This document shows, one piece after another, positions 8,417 to 16,770 of a DNA stretch of 64,000 nucleotides. The stretch comes from Chthoniobacterales bacterium. GTDB taxonomy: Bacteria > Verrucomicrobiota > Verrucomicrobiia > Chthoniobacterales > UBA6821. The stretch spans positions 3,869 through 67,868 of the forward strand of contig DATEBV010000367.1 in NCBI GenBank assembly GCA_035287205.1, in the 5' to 3' direction. The notes below the pieces were generated by a model. That model did not search any database. It was not told where the DNA came from and saw only the letters and a list, made by a program, of their open reading frames with translations. The translations under genes and the position numbers were made by a program. The first letter of the stretch is position 1. Every line of letters starts with the position of its first letter.

Positions 8417-10348
8417 ATGTTTCTCCAGCTCTGGCCTTCGATTATTTGGGCTATTCTCATTGGGATAGCCAGTACCTTTCGATGCTGGAAAGGAGCTTTA
8501 TTAACAATACTCTTGGCGCTCTTGCCGATAGTAGCAGGATACATTTACTTTGGTGTTTCTTATTCCTCTGATGAATCATTCCTCGTCGCAGGGGTCATTC
8601 CTTACAGTGATGCTTCCATGCATTTTCGACAAGCAGCGCAGATGGCAGTGGATGGAGTAACACATACAGGTATGAATGGACGATTTCTCTACCCTGCCTA
8701 TTTCTCATCACTCTTAACTATTACAGGGTTACATCTTCTCGGCGCGCAGGTTTTAGTAGGGCTTCTTTTTGCAGCGGCATTGATTGTTACTTTACGCGTT
8801 GTAGCGCGGTGGATCGGTGCTCCAGGGGCCATTGTTGTTGCATTAACTTGCTGGCTTTTTTTTAGAGCACGCTGTTCAGGCCTCGTCATGACTGAAAATC
8901 TTGGGATAACTTGTGGTCTTCTTGCTTTGACCGCGTTACTGATGGCCACTATGCGAAGGAGCCTTCTTTTGCTCTTGCTTGGAATTTTTATATTGGCCTT
9001 AGGTCTTTGTGCACGTCCAGGAGCGCTTGTTGTTTTACCATTAATGATTTTGTTTGCTGGATGGGAGGGATGGAGTAGATGGGGAAAAAGAGAGCATGAA
9101 TGTTCGGCAAGCTCATCAGTAAAATGTGTTCCAATGAATCATCAGGATCCTTCTAATTCTGCCTGCTGTAGCAGGTCTCCACTTCCCTCTTCTATCTTTT
9201 ATCTTCCATCTCCTGCCGCAGCAGCGGCATCTCCCACCTCTCTTAGACCGACTGGCCGAAGAGTCGCCTCATCTCTTATCGCAGCATTGCTCGCTGTTGT
9301 AATGATCATGGCAGCTTTCAGCTCTAATACCCTTCTTTCACATACGCTTTATCAAGGTAAGGTCATTGAGAATGGAAATTTTGCATTTACTCTTTATGGA
9401 ATGCTTACGGGAGGGAAATGGTCCGACAATCTTTCTTGGTCTCATTGGAATGCACCACTTGTGATGAAGGAGAGCCTGAAATTAATTCAAGCAAAACCAC
9501 AGCTTCTTGTCTTCGGCGCTGCCCGAGCTTACAAAGAAGCATTTTCTCGGCGTATCTTTTTTATGTTTAATCATGAGTCTCGTCTTGCCACGCTGTTGCT
9601 GCTTTTAGCTGCGGTCGGCCTTGTCGCTTTATGGAGAATGAAACCACTACGCCCGCATGCTCTTTGGTTGACGTTAATGGCTCTGGGAATTTTACTCTCA
9701 CTTCCCTTTGTTCCACCGTGGGATGCCGCAGAGAGGCCATTTGCTGTAACAGTACCTTTTCAAGCTCTCTTTGCAGGTATTGGTCTTTTTGCTTTGCTTC
9801 GAATGGCAACAGTTCATAACTTATTTTCACAGTTGCCTTCAGCAATAAAGGGCTTTGTTGCTCTGGTATTAGAGCGGTTAGTATTTTATAAGATCCAAGA
9901 AAGCGTTACTAAAGAACCAAGAGAATGGTTTTCTTTATCTTTTTTATGGGTTCTTGTGGTAATAGTTTTTTCATTAAGCGTGCCGCTGCCACTGCTCCAC
10001 AAGTTTGTTATTTTATACACTCAAGAAGAGTCTCGTCGAAGCTCTATTGAATTACATCCAGGATCGATGACTGTATTAAATGCTAAAAACTTTACTGATT
10101 TTCGTCGGCGTTTAGCGCCTTTTCTTGATCATAATCCACAAGAAGCAGTTCTTTTTTCTCTTGTTACTGATCAAACGGTATTAGGTATCAATTGGGGAAG
10201 TAAAAATTTTGATCGCTGTGCGGTTCTTAACGGTGTATCAGAGATGGTCGACTTTAAAGGATGGAGGGTCGATCAGCGACTTTGCAAGCGTTCAGATCGA
10301 CCTCCTTTGGAGGAAGGACCTGAATCAAATAATCCAACTGCGAAATAG
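8417..10348 (+). CDS. Polytopic membrane protein, GT-C-like (function unknown)
   Basis: ORF track starts at GTG 8330 inside RE-1S copy 8251-8383; the first ATG after the repeat is 8417. Many TM helices, with first-loop 'SSDESF/YSDASMHF'. Internal in-frame RE-1V at 9096-9267. The last 19 codons and the stop come from antisense RE-2 (10291-10368). Confidence 0.45.
   Translation: MFLQLWPSIIWAILIGIASTFRCWKGALLTILLALLPIVAGYIYFGVSYSSDESFLVAGVIPYSDASMHFRQAAQMAVDGVTHTGMNGRFLYPAYFSSLLTITGLHLLGAQVLVGLLFAAALIVTLRVVARWIGAPGAIVVALTCWLFFRARCSGLVMTENLGITCGLLALTALLMATMRRSLLLLLLGIFILALGLCARPGALVVLPLMILFAGWEGWSRWGKREHECSASSSVKCVPMNHQDPSNSACCSRSPLPSSIFYLPSPAAAAASPTSLRPTGRRVASSLIAALLAVVMIMAAFSSNTLLSHTLYQGKVIENGNFAFTLYGMLTGGKWSDNLSWSHWNAPLVMKESLKLIQAKPQLLVFGAARAYKEAFSRRIFFMFNHESRLATLLLLLAAVGLVALWRMKPLRPHALWLTLMALGILLSLPFVPPWDAAERPFAVTVPFQALFAGIGLFALLRMATVHNLFSQLPSAIKGFVALVLERLVFYKIQESVTKEPREWFSLSFLWVLVVIVFSLSVPLPLLHKFVILYTQEESRRSSIELHPGSMTVLNAKNFTDFRRRLAPFLDHNPQEAVLFSLVTDQTVLGINWGSKNFDRCAVLNGVSEMVDFKGWRVDQRLCKRSDRPPLEEGPESNNPTAK
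9096..9267 (+). mobile_element. RE-1V (172-nt variant), in frame inside the membrane-protein gene
   Basis: Degenerate termini atgaatgttcgg...ccgaagagtcgc. The interior matches copy 54868-55039 (ttctaatt.tgcctgc...ctccacttcc...catctcccacctctc). Confidence 0.7.
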
Positions 10349-10368
10349 TAGTGCAATGCAATGCATAG
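10291..10368 (-). repeat. RE-2 copy (antisense; supplies the C-terminal 19 codons and the stop of the 8417-10348 gene)
   Basis: ttcagatcgacctcctttggaggaaggacctgaatcaaataatccaactgcgaaatagtagtgcaatgcaatgcatag. Confidence 0.8.
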
Positions 10369-10604
10369 TTTGTTCAGAAGCCGCCGAACAGATATTTTGG
10401 CCTTGTAGTCTGTAGTTTGTAGTCGATAGCCTATAATTCAGAACTCATCTCCGAAGGGGTGTGTGAAGGGTTATGTGACTTTTAGGTATTCAAATCCTTC
10501 CTGCTTCGGAGGAAACGACTTAGTCAGCAAATCGAATTTAAGTATTTACGATCAAATGAAGGTGCCGCATTGTTTGCGACCAAGGGCGGCAGCGTGCCTT
10601 GGTG

Positions 10605-10680
10605 CTATTAAACACATGATTACTTCGCTGCCCAATCATTTAATTCAGATCCATCCTCCGAAGGAGGGAGATCTGAATGC
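10605..10680 (+). repeat. RE-2 copy upstream of galE
   Basis: ctattaaacacatgattacttcgctgcccaatcatttaattcagatccatcctccGAAggagggagatctgaatgc. Confidence 0.8.
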
Positions 10681-10717
10681 CTACGAACTAAGAACTAAGA
10701 ACAGGCATTGTGCAACA

Positions 10718-11800
10718 ATGCCTATTATACTTGTTACGGGAGGTTCCGGGTACATTGGTTCCCATACGTGTATTGCTCTTGATAAGGCTGGTTATACACC
10801 TCTCATCCTCGATAATTTTAGCAATAGTAACGCATCGGTTCTTGATCGCATGGAAGTACTCATGAATCATCGGCCATTATTCATTAAAGGAGATGTGCGG
10901 GATGAGGCATTGCTAAAGAAAATTTTCCAAGAGCATGACTGTACTGGTGTAATTCATTTTGCGGGATTAAAGGCCGTAGGAGAATCGATTGCTCAACCAC
11001 TCGAATATTACGATGTGAATGTCACAGGATCGCTCTCACTGTTGATGGCTATGCAGTATTCTGGTGTCAAAAGGCTCATTTTTTCTTCTTCTGCTGCTGT
11101 CTATGGAAAACCTGAATCTCTCCCTATTAAGGAAAGTGCAACTCGATCGACGGTGAATCCCTACGGTCGTTCCAAACTGATGGTTGAAGATATTCTCGAA
11201 GATTTTTACTATGCAGATCCCTCTTGGAGTATTGCACGCCTTCGCTATTTCAATCCCATAGGAGCTCATCCAAGTGGACTCATTGGAGAAGCTCCTCAAG
11301 GAGTGCCTAACAATCTCATGCCTTACATTACCCAAGTTGCCGTTGGCCTTCGCGAGAAACTTTCTGTTTTTGGAGGAGATTATCCAACGCATGATGGCAG
11401 CGCGGTTCGTGATTATGTTCATGTGATGGATTTAGCGGAGGGACATGTTGCGGCACTCAATTGGTGTCAGAAAGGTTCTCAACAGTCAGGAGGGATGTTA
11501 ACTGTTAATTTAGGAACAGGAACTGGCTCTTCTGTTTTGGAAATAGTTCGAGCTTTTGAAATGGCCAGTGGGAAAAAAATTCCCTATGAAATAGTAGCTC
11601 GCCGTGCTGGAGATATTGCTGAGTGTTGGGCTGATTCTACTGATGCGGCTGAAATATTGCATTGGAAAGCCACACGCAGCCTGGAAGAAATGTGTAGAGA
11701 TAGTTGGCATTGGGAACAGCAGAAGAGAAAAGAGGAAATAGCCACAAAAGAACACAAAGAAACACAAAAAAGAAATTTGGCTATGAACTTGATTGATTAG
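10718..11800 (+). CDS. galE: UDP-glucose 4-epimerase
   Basis: 'ILVTGGSGYIGSH' Rossmann motif directly after M at 10718; 'YGRSKLMVE' is the YxxxK motif. ORF-track start 10463 only adds RE-2-derived sequence. The C-terminal about 22 codons (EEIATKEHKETQKRNLAMNLID) and the stop are encoded by RE-5 copy 11734-11965. Confidence 0.9.
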   Translation: MPIILVTGGSGYIGSHTCIALDKAGYTPLILDNFSNSNASVLDRMEVLMNHRPLFIKGDVRDEALLKKIFQEHDCTGVIHFAGLKAVGESIAQPLEYYDVNVTGSLSLLMAMQYSGVKRLIFSSSAAVYGKPESLPIKESATRSTVNPYGRSKLMVEDILEDFYYADPSWSIARLRYFNPIGAHPSGLIGEAPQGVPNNLMPYITQVAVGLREKLSVFGGDYPTHDGSAVRDYVHVMDLAEGHVAALNWCQKGSQQSGGMLTVNLGTGTGSSVLEIVRAFEMASGKKIPYEIVARRAGDIAECWADSTDAAEILHWKATRSLEEMCRDSWHWEQQKRKEEIATKEHKETQKRNLAMNLID

Positions 11801-11965
11801 TTCAGCTAAGCTGTTTCGAAGCTGTTGGAACTCTATATTTCCACAGGATCTTAATTGCTACCTCCTTGTTTTTTACGATAGCTAACATTCTTTATTTTGA
11901 GTTCTTAAATTCTTTTTTTGTGTTCTGTTCTTTTGTGTTCTTTTGTGTTCTTTTGTGGCTATTTC
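11734..11965. repeat. RE-5 full-length copy (galE-rmlA spacer)
   Basis: Termini GGAAATAGCCACAAAAGAACACAAAGAAACACAAAAAA / TTTTTTGTGTTC...TTTTGTGGCTATTTC. The interior is homologous to 30141-30401 and 54516-54750. Confidence 0.85.
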
Positions 11966-11987
11966 TTTTCTTTTTTAAAATCTATTT

Positions 11988-12863
11988 ATGAACCGAAAAG
12001 GCATTATTTTAGCGGGAGGATCGGGGACACGTCTCTACCCTGTTACCAAGGTGATTTCAAAGCAGTTACTTCCGATTTACGATAAGCCGATGATTTACTA
12101 TCCGCTGAGCACGCTCATGCTGGCAGGTATACGAGATATTCTTATTATTTCAACGCCTCAAGATCTTCCTCGTTTTGAGCTGCTTCTTGGTGATGGTAAT
12201 GACTGGGGAATGAATTTTCAATATGCGGTTCAGCCGAATCCTGAAGGATTGGCTCAAGCCTTCGTTATTGGTAAGGAATTTATTGCTAATGATCCTTCGG
12301 CTTTAGTACTGGGAGATAATATCTTCTATGGTCACGATTTTCCTGCACAGCTCGGACAGGCTACAGAAAGGAATGAGGGAGCTACTATTTTTGCTTACCG
12401 TGTGAATGATCCCGAGCGGTATGGTGTTGTTTCCTTCGATGCTCATGGTAAGGCCGTCTCATTAGTAGAAAAACCAATACAACCTGAAAGTAACTACGCG
12501 GTTACAGGGCTCTACTTTTATGACAACCAAGTTGTTAACCTTGCTGCAGGCCTTAAACCATCCAAGAGAGGAGAATTAGAGATTACCGATCTTAATCGTC
12601 TTTATCTTGAAAAAGGAGAGCTCCATGTTGAGATCATGGGGCGAGGTTATGCTTGGCTTGATACAGGAACTCATGAGAGTCTTATTGAGGCCAGTAATTT
12701 TATTGAAACGATCGAACACCGCCAAGGGCTTAAAGTAGCCTGCCCTGAAGAAATTGCTTATCATCGTGGATTTATTAATGCAGAGCAGCTTGAGAAGCTT
12801 GCCGCGCCATTGCAGAAAAATGGTTATGGGCAGTATCTGCAACGCTTACTGCGAGAAAAATGA
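11988..12863 (+). CDS. rfbA: Glucose-1-phosphate thymidylyltransferase
   Basis: 291 aa. '[16 protein letters not shown]...[18 protein letters not shown]' is canonical RmlA. Overlaps rmlC by 4 nt. Confidence 0.95.
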   Translation: MNRKGIILAGGSGTRLYPVTKVISKQLLPIYDKPMIYYPLSTLMLAGIRDILIISTPQDLPRFELLLGDGNDWGMNFQYAVQPNPEGLAQAFVIGKEFIANDPSALVLGDNIFYGHDFPAQLGQATERNEGATIFAYRVNDPERYGVVSFDAHGKAVSLVEKPIQPESNYAVTGLYFYDNQVVNLAAGLKPSKRGELEITDLNRLYLEKGELHVEIMGRGYAWLDTGTHESLIEASNFIETIEHRQGLKVACPEEIAYHRGFINAEQLEKLAAPLQKNGYGQYLQRLLREK

Positions 12864-13573
12864 AAATTATTCCTACCAATATTCGTGATCTCCTTCTCAT
12901 CGAGCCAAGGCTTTTTGAGGATGAGCGTGGTTTTTTTTACGAGAGTTTTAACCAGAAGGAGTTTTTAGCACAAACAGGTATTAACCCGACTTTCGCAATT
13001 GGAGATGGCGATCTTTTGCAATATACTCAGCCTCAAACTAGTTTTCACAAACCCTCATGTACCAAAGGTACACCACGGCTTCTTGAAAACAATTTTGAAA
13101 CCAAGTCCTTACAAAATATCATCCATCCCAATTGCGAAAGTCGGGTTGATGCTGTTTTTGTTCAAGACAATCATAGCCATTCTGTTCAGGGTGTGCTTCG
13201 AGGGCTTCATTATCAGGTTAGGCAACCTCAAGGGAAGCTTATCAGAGTAGTTCAAGGATCAATTTTTGATGTAGCAGTTGATTTGCGCTCGGAATCGCCA
13301 ACCTTTGGGCAATGGGAAGGAGTAGAACTTTCCGAAGAAAATTGCCGTCAGCTTTGGATTCCTCCTGGTTTTGCCCATGGATTTTTAGTTCTCAGTCCTA
13401 GCGCTGACGTACTCTATAAGACAACCGACTATTATGAACCTCAGTATGAACGGACTATTTTGTGGAACGATTCTACGCTTGGTATTACTTGGCCCAAGAT
13501 GGATAACATGACTCTTTCTGATAAAGATCAAAAAGGAATTTCTTTTGAAGACGTGGTGAATGGAAGAGAATGA
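12860..13573 (+). CDS. rfbC: dTDP-4-dehydrorhamnose 3,5-epimerase carrying a 55-codon palindromic insert
   Basis: '[14 protein letters not shown]', '[18 protein letters not shown]' and '[11 protein letters not shown]' are canonical RmlC. 237 aa versus the usual roughly 182. The extra 165 nt (12983-13147) are bounded by a perfect 20-bp inverted repeat. Confidence 0.9.
   Translation: MKIIPTNIRDLLLIEPRLFEDERGFFYESFNQKEFLAQTGINPTFAIGDGDLLQYTQPQTSFHKPSCTKGTPRLLENNFETKSLQNIIHPNCESRVDAVFVQDNHSHSVQGVLRGLHYQVRQPQGKLIRVVQGSIFDVAVDLRSESPTFGQWEGVELSEENCRQLWIPPGFAHGFLVLSPSADVLYKTTDYYEPQYERTILWNDSTLGITWPKMDNMTLSDKDQKGISFEDVVNGRE
12983..13147. repeat. RE-4: 165-nt palindromic insert (55 codons) in rmlC
   Basis: Perfect 20-bp terminal inverted repeat AACCCGACTTTCGCAATTGG / CCAATTGCGAAAGTCGGGTT. 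Removing it restores canonical RmlC spacing between 'FNQKEF' and 'FVQDNHS'. Confidence 0.85.
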
Positions 13574-13580
13574 GATATTT

Positions 13581-13650
13581 TACGGTCGAAAATTTCGACT
13601 TCAATAAAAGGCGAAAAAAATAAAACTTCCTATCGTTTTTCCAGAAAAGT
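13581..13650 (+). pseudogene. Remnant of an ORF6N-family gene (middle part only)
   Basis: 'acggtcgaaaatttcgacttc...cctatcgtttttccagaaaag' is homologous to 14976-15052 of the intact ORF6N gene, including the TCGAAAATTTCGA palindrome. Confidence 0.5.
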
Positions 13651-13655
13651 GAGTT

Positions 13656-13727
13656 TTCAGATTCCCTCTTTCGGAGGAAGAATCTGAAGTAAATAGTCGA
13701 ACTATGAGTTGTAGAATAAAGACATTG
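13656..13727 (-). repeat. RE-2 copy (intergenic, rmlC-wzm)
   Basis: ttcagattccctctttcggaggaagaatctgaagtaaatagtcgaactatgagttgtagaataaagacattg. Confidence 0.7.
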
Positions 13728-13827
13728 TTGCTTCGCTTTCTTTCCTTGTCACGAAGTGACCAAAAATTAACTTAAACTTAAACTTATAACTTAAACTAAC
13801 TATTCGGTCTGCAGGCCGAATAGTTGC
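13728..13827 (+). mobile_element. RE-1L, 3' part only
   Basis: cttgtcacgaagtgaccaaaaattaacttaaacttaaac...ctattcggtctgcaggccgaatagttgc. Ends 8 nt before the wzm ATG. Confidence 0.75.
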
Positions 13828-13834
13828 ATTCCAG

Positions 13835-14680
13835 ATGCCCTACATTTCCTCACAACGATTGCCTTTGAGTGATCTATTGCTCCCCTGGAAAATTATAGTT
13901 CGTCTGGCTGCCTATGGCTCCTTGCTTAAACAATTTACCTGGCGTGAAGTACAAAAGCGCTACAAGGGAACATTTTTAGGGCTCTTTTGGTCCTTTATGA
14001 CGCCTCTTTTGATGCTTTCTGTTTATACTGTGGTTTTTGGTTTTATTTTTAGAGGTTCTTATGGCCATCCAGGAGAAACAAAAACCCAATTTGCCCTTGG
14101 GCTTTTTTGTGGACTGCTTCTTTGGGAGCTGATTGCTGGAGTTATCTCTTGCGCGCCAGGACTTATCATTAACAATGCTAATTTTGTTACCAAAGTGATC
14201 TTTCCCTTAGAAATTTTGCCTATTGTCATGATTACCGCTACCCTTTTCCATACGGCGATTGGCTTTATCCCACTTCTACTGTTTCTTATTATCTCTCAAG
14301 GAGCGATTTCATTATCAGCGATTAGTATATTTCCAATTTTTATCCCGGTGCTACTTTATAGTCTTGGCATTGCTTGGATTTTGTCAGCCTTGGGAGTTTT
14401 CTTGCGCGATATCAGCGCAATGATACCTGCTGCGATCACCATTCTCATGTTTGTGAGTGCTATCTTCTTTCCTATTAGTGCCATTCCCCCTGTTTGGCGC
14501 TGGGCTATTATGCTCAATCCCGCAGCAGTTTTGATTTCTATGGCGCGTAATGCGGTGGTTTTTAGTCAATGGCCTCATTGGAGTATGTATGGTATTCAAT
14601 TTGCTATTAGTATGATGGTTGCAATTGTAGGGTATGCTCTTTTTATGAGAGTGAAACCAGCCTTTGCGGATGTTATATGA
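13835..14680 (+). CDS. wzm: ABC-2 type polysaccharide export permease (Wzm/TagG-like)
   Basis: 281 aa with 6 TM helices. N-terminal 'REVQKRYKGTFLGLFWSFMTPLL' is typical of ABC-2 O-antigen/teichoic acid permeases. Lies two genes upstream of the cognate ATPase, separated by the ORF6N gene. Confidence 0.8.
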   Translation: MPYISSQRLPLSDLLLPWKIIVRLAAYGSLLKQFTWREVQKRYKGTFLGLFWSFMTPLLMLSVYTVVFGFIFRGSYGHPGETKTQFALGLFCGLLLWELIAGVISCAPGLIINNANFVTKVIFPLEILPIVMITATLFHTAIGFIPLLLFLIISQGAISLSAISIFPIFIPVLLYSLGIAWILSALGVFLRDISAMIPAAITILMFVSAIFFPISAIPPVWRWAIMLNPAAVLISMARNAVVFSQWPHWSMYGIQFAISMMVAIVGYALFMRVKPAFADVI

Positions 14681-14719
14681 GCAACATCGCTTCATTTCTA
14701 CGAAATGAAGCGATGTTGC
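14681..14719. promoter_or_regulatory. Perfect 18-bp stem / 3-nt loop hairpin immediately after the wzm stop
   Basis: GCAACATCGCTTCATTTC-tac-GAAATGAAGCGATGTTGC. It is not followed by a T-run. Confidence 0.7.
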
Positions 14720-14748
14720 TAAAATTGCCTTATCATGGAATCGACTTT

Positions 14749-15324
14749 ATGAATGAAATAATGAATAATGAAAACCTTAAGGAAATGATCTTTGAGCTCA
14801 GAGGCGAACGTGTGCTTCTCGATAGCGATGTTGCGAAGCTTTATGGGGTTGAAACGAAAAGAATTAATGAAGCTGTTAAAAATAATCCTGAAAAATTTCC
14901 CCAAGGGTATCTTTTTCAACTTACTAAAGAAGAGTGGGATATATTGAAATCGAAAATTTCGACTTCGAATTTAAATTTGCGGTCGAAAATTTCGACCGCA
15001 AATTTTTCGAAAATAAGAACAATGCCTACTGTTTTTCCAGAAAAAGGGTTGTATATGTTAGCAACAATCCTCAAAAGCTCTCAAGCAACAGCAGCTACGT
15101 TGGCTATTATTGAAACGTTTGCTAAAATTAAAGAACTTTCTAGAAATATCAAAGAGCTTTCTGTTATTCAAAATCCATCGGCTCAAAAAACTCTTATGCA
15201 AAAAAGTGGTGAGCTTTTGACAGATATATTTGATAATGACTTAGGTACCAATGATACAGAGACGACCTTAGAACTCAACTTTGCTGTATTGAAATTTAAA
15301 CACACCATTAAGAAAAAGAAGTAA
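14749..15324 (+). CDS. ORF6N (KilA-N-like) domain protein inserted between wzm and wzt
   Basis: 'LRGERVLLDSDVAKLYGVETKRINEAVKNNPEKFPQGYLFQLTKEEW' is a strong ORF6N-domain pattern. ORF-track start 14677 overlaps the wzm stop (ATGA) but runs through an 18-bp hairpin, so ATG 14749 is more plausible. Confidence 0.6.
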   Translation: MNEIMNNENLKEMIFELRGERVLLDSDVAKLYGVETKRINEAVKNNPEKFPQGYLFQLTKEEWDILKSKISTSNLNLRSKISTANFSKIRTMPTVFPEKGLYMLATILKSSQATAATLAIIETFAKIKELSRNIKELSVIQNPSAQKTLMQKSGELLTDIFDNDLGTNDTETTLELNFAVLKFKHTIKKKK

Positions 15325-15360
15325 AGATATTATGTCTCAGGATCTTTTTACTTTACTACT

Positions 15361-15400
15361 TTTTTGTGTTCTTTTGTGTTCTTTTGTGGTTAATTTCTTC
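15361..15400. repeat. RE-5-like solo right end, 15 nt before the wzt ATG
   Basis: tttttgtgttcttttgtgttcttttgtggttaatttcttc. Confidence 0.75.
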
Positions 15401-15414
15401 TCTTTCTTCTCTTA

Positions 15415-16770
15415 ATGCTAGCGATTTCAGTTAAAAACGTCTCTAAAGCCTATACCATCTGGCGGGATCCAGCGGCACGGCTCAAGCATCCCTTGCTGAA
15501 GCTAGCAGGAGAAATGTTTCCCCTTTTACGGGAGAGGATTGATAAAAAACTGGAAGGGCTGTGTCGTGAATTTTATGCTTTAAAGGATATTAGCTTTGAG
15601 GTCAAAAAAGGAGAATCCATTGGGATTATTGGGCGCAATGGATCAGGGAAATCGACGCTTCTCCAAATTATTGCTGGTACCCTTCAACCCTCAGAAGGTT
15701 CTGTGACGGTCAATGGACGCGTTGCCGCTCTACTTGAATTGGGGAGTGGTTTTAATCCTGAATTTACAGGTCGAGAAAATGTCTATCTTAATGCTTCCAT
15801 ATTAGGCCTTACTCGAAATGAAACAGAAGAGCGTTTTCCTAAGATTGAAGCCTTTGCTGACATTGGTGAATTTATTGACCAACCGGTCAAAACCTACTCC
15901 AGTGGTATGATGGTCAGGTTGGCATTTGCCGTTGTTTCTCATATTGATGCGGATATTTTAATTATTGATGAAGCTCTAGCTGTAGGGGATTATTTTTTCC
16001 AACAAAAATGCACTGGTAGAATAAGAAAACTTCAAGAAAATGGCACGACACTTCTTTTTGTTTCTCATGATCTTGGAAGTGTCAGAAATCTTTGTGAAAA
16101 GGCATTATATCTTAAAAAAGGAACTGCTTTTTATTGGGGCGCTAGTGAAAAAACAATCAATTATTATTTCAATGAACAAGAAAAACCTCCAGGACTTCTA
16201 GTAGAAAAACATCACGCATTAGTTCCTCCTGTGTCATCATCCTCTCATCACTATTTAAACAAATTGCGTTCTGAAGCTGTATGGTGGTTAGAACTCACAG
16301 AAGCGCTAAAAAATGAGAAAGGTTCTATAGTTGGGGTTATTATTTGTAATGAAAAAGGAGTTATTGGAGGAAAAATAAACATTGGTGAGAAAATAAAGAT
16401 AAAAATAGTGTTTTTGTCGCTAGCAGATCAAAATTATCATGTTGTTGTTGAGTTTAAAAATCGGTACAATCAAATTATTAATAGCACAAGTACTTATACC
16501 TGTGGAATAGGGCATATTAATATGGGACCGAATGATATTGCAGAATATGAATTTTACTTTGATTTGAATATTGAAGCAGGAAAATATAGTTATCAAATTA
16601 TTCTTGCCGGCGAAAACAGCCTTCCTAATCGATGTGAGCGTCTTCATGAAACTTCATGGCTTGGTCCTTTAGATATAGAATGGGATTATGAAAATAAAAA
16701 GGCGCCGTTTTTAGGAATGTTTGGACTACCTGCAATAGCTAAAGAAGTTAAAAAATGGAGGTATGAATAA
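15415..16770 (+). CDS. wzt: Polysaccharide ABC exporter ATP-binding protein with C-terminal extension (Wzt/TagH-like)
   Basis: Walker A 'GRNGSGKST', signature 'YSSGMMVRL', Walker B 'ILIIDEALAVGD'. An extra C-terminal domain of about 200 aa, as in Wzt proteins that bind the glycan terminus. Confidence 0.85.
   Translation: MLAISVKNVSKAYTIWRDPAARLKHPLLKLAGEMFPLLRERIDKKLEGLCREFYALKDISFEVKKGESIGIIGRNGSGKSTLLQIIAGTLQPSEGSVTVNGRVAALLELGSGFNPEFTGRENVYLNASILGLTRNETEERFPKIEAFADIGEFIDQPVKTYSSGMMVRLAFAVVSHIDADILIIDEALAVGDYFFQQKCTGRIRKLQENGTTLLFVSHDLGSVRNLCEKALYLKKGTAFYWGASEKTINYYFNEQEKPPGLLVEKHHALVPPVSSSSHHYLNKLRSEAVWWLELTEALKNEKGSIVGVIICNEKGVIGGKINIGEKIKIKIVFLSLADQNYHVVVEFKNRYNQIINSTSTYTCGIGHINMGPNDIAEYEFYFDLNIEAGKYSYQIILAGENSLPNRCERLHETSWLGPLDIEWDYENKKAPFLGMFGLPAIAKEVKKWRYE

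Noticed and set aside
10463-10717. 85-codon N-terminal extension of galE
   Set aside because: The GalE Rossmann motif begins right after M at 10718. The upstream part is RE-2 and spacer sequence with no homology, so the short model is preferred. Use of the in-frame CTG at 10672 cannot be excluded.
12983-13147. An intein, an intron, or a frameshifted pseudogene as the explanation for the over-long rmlC and the other in-frame inserts
   Set aside because: The inserts are only 44-60 codons long. They lack intein blocks (no N-terminal Cys/Ser, no C-terminal HN plus Cys/Ser/Thr) and lack intron structure. They have terminal inverted repeats and, for RE-1 and RE-3, intergenic copies. The host ORFs remain intact.
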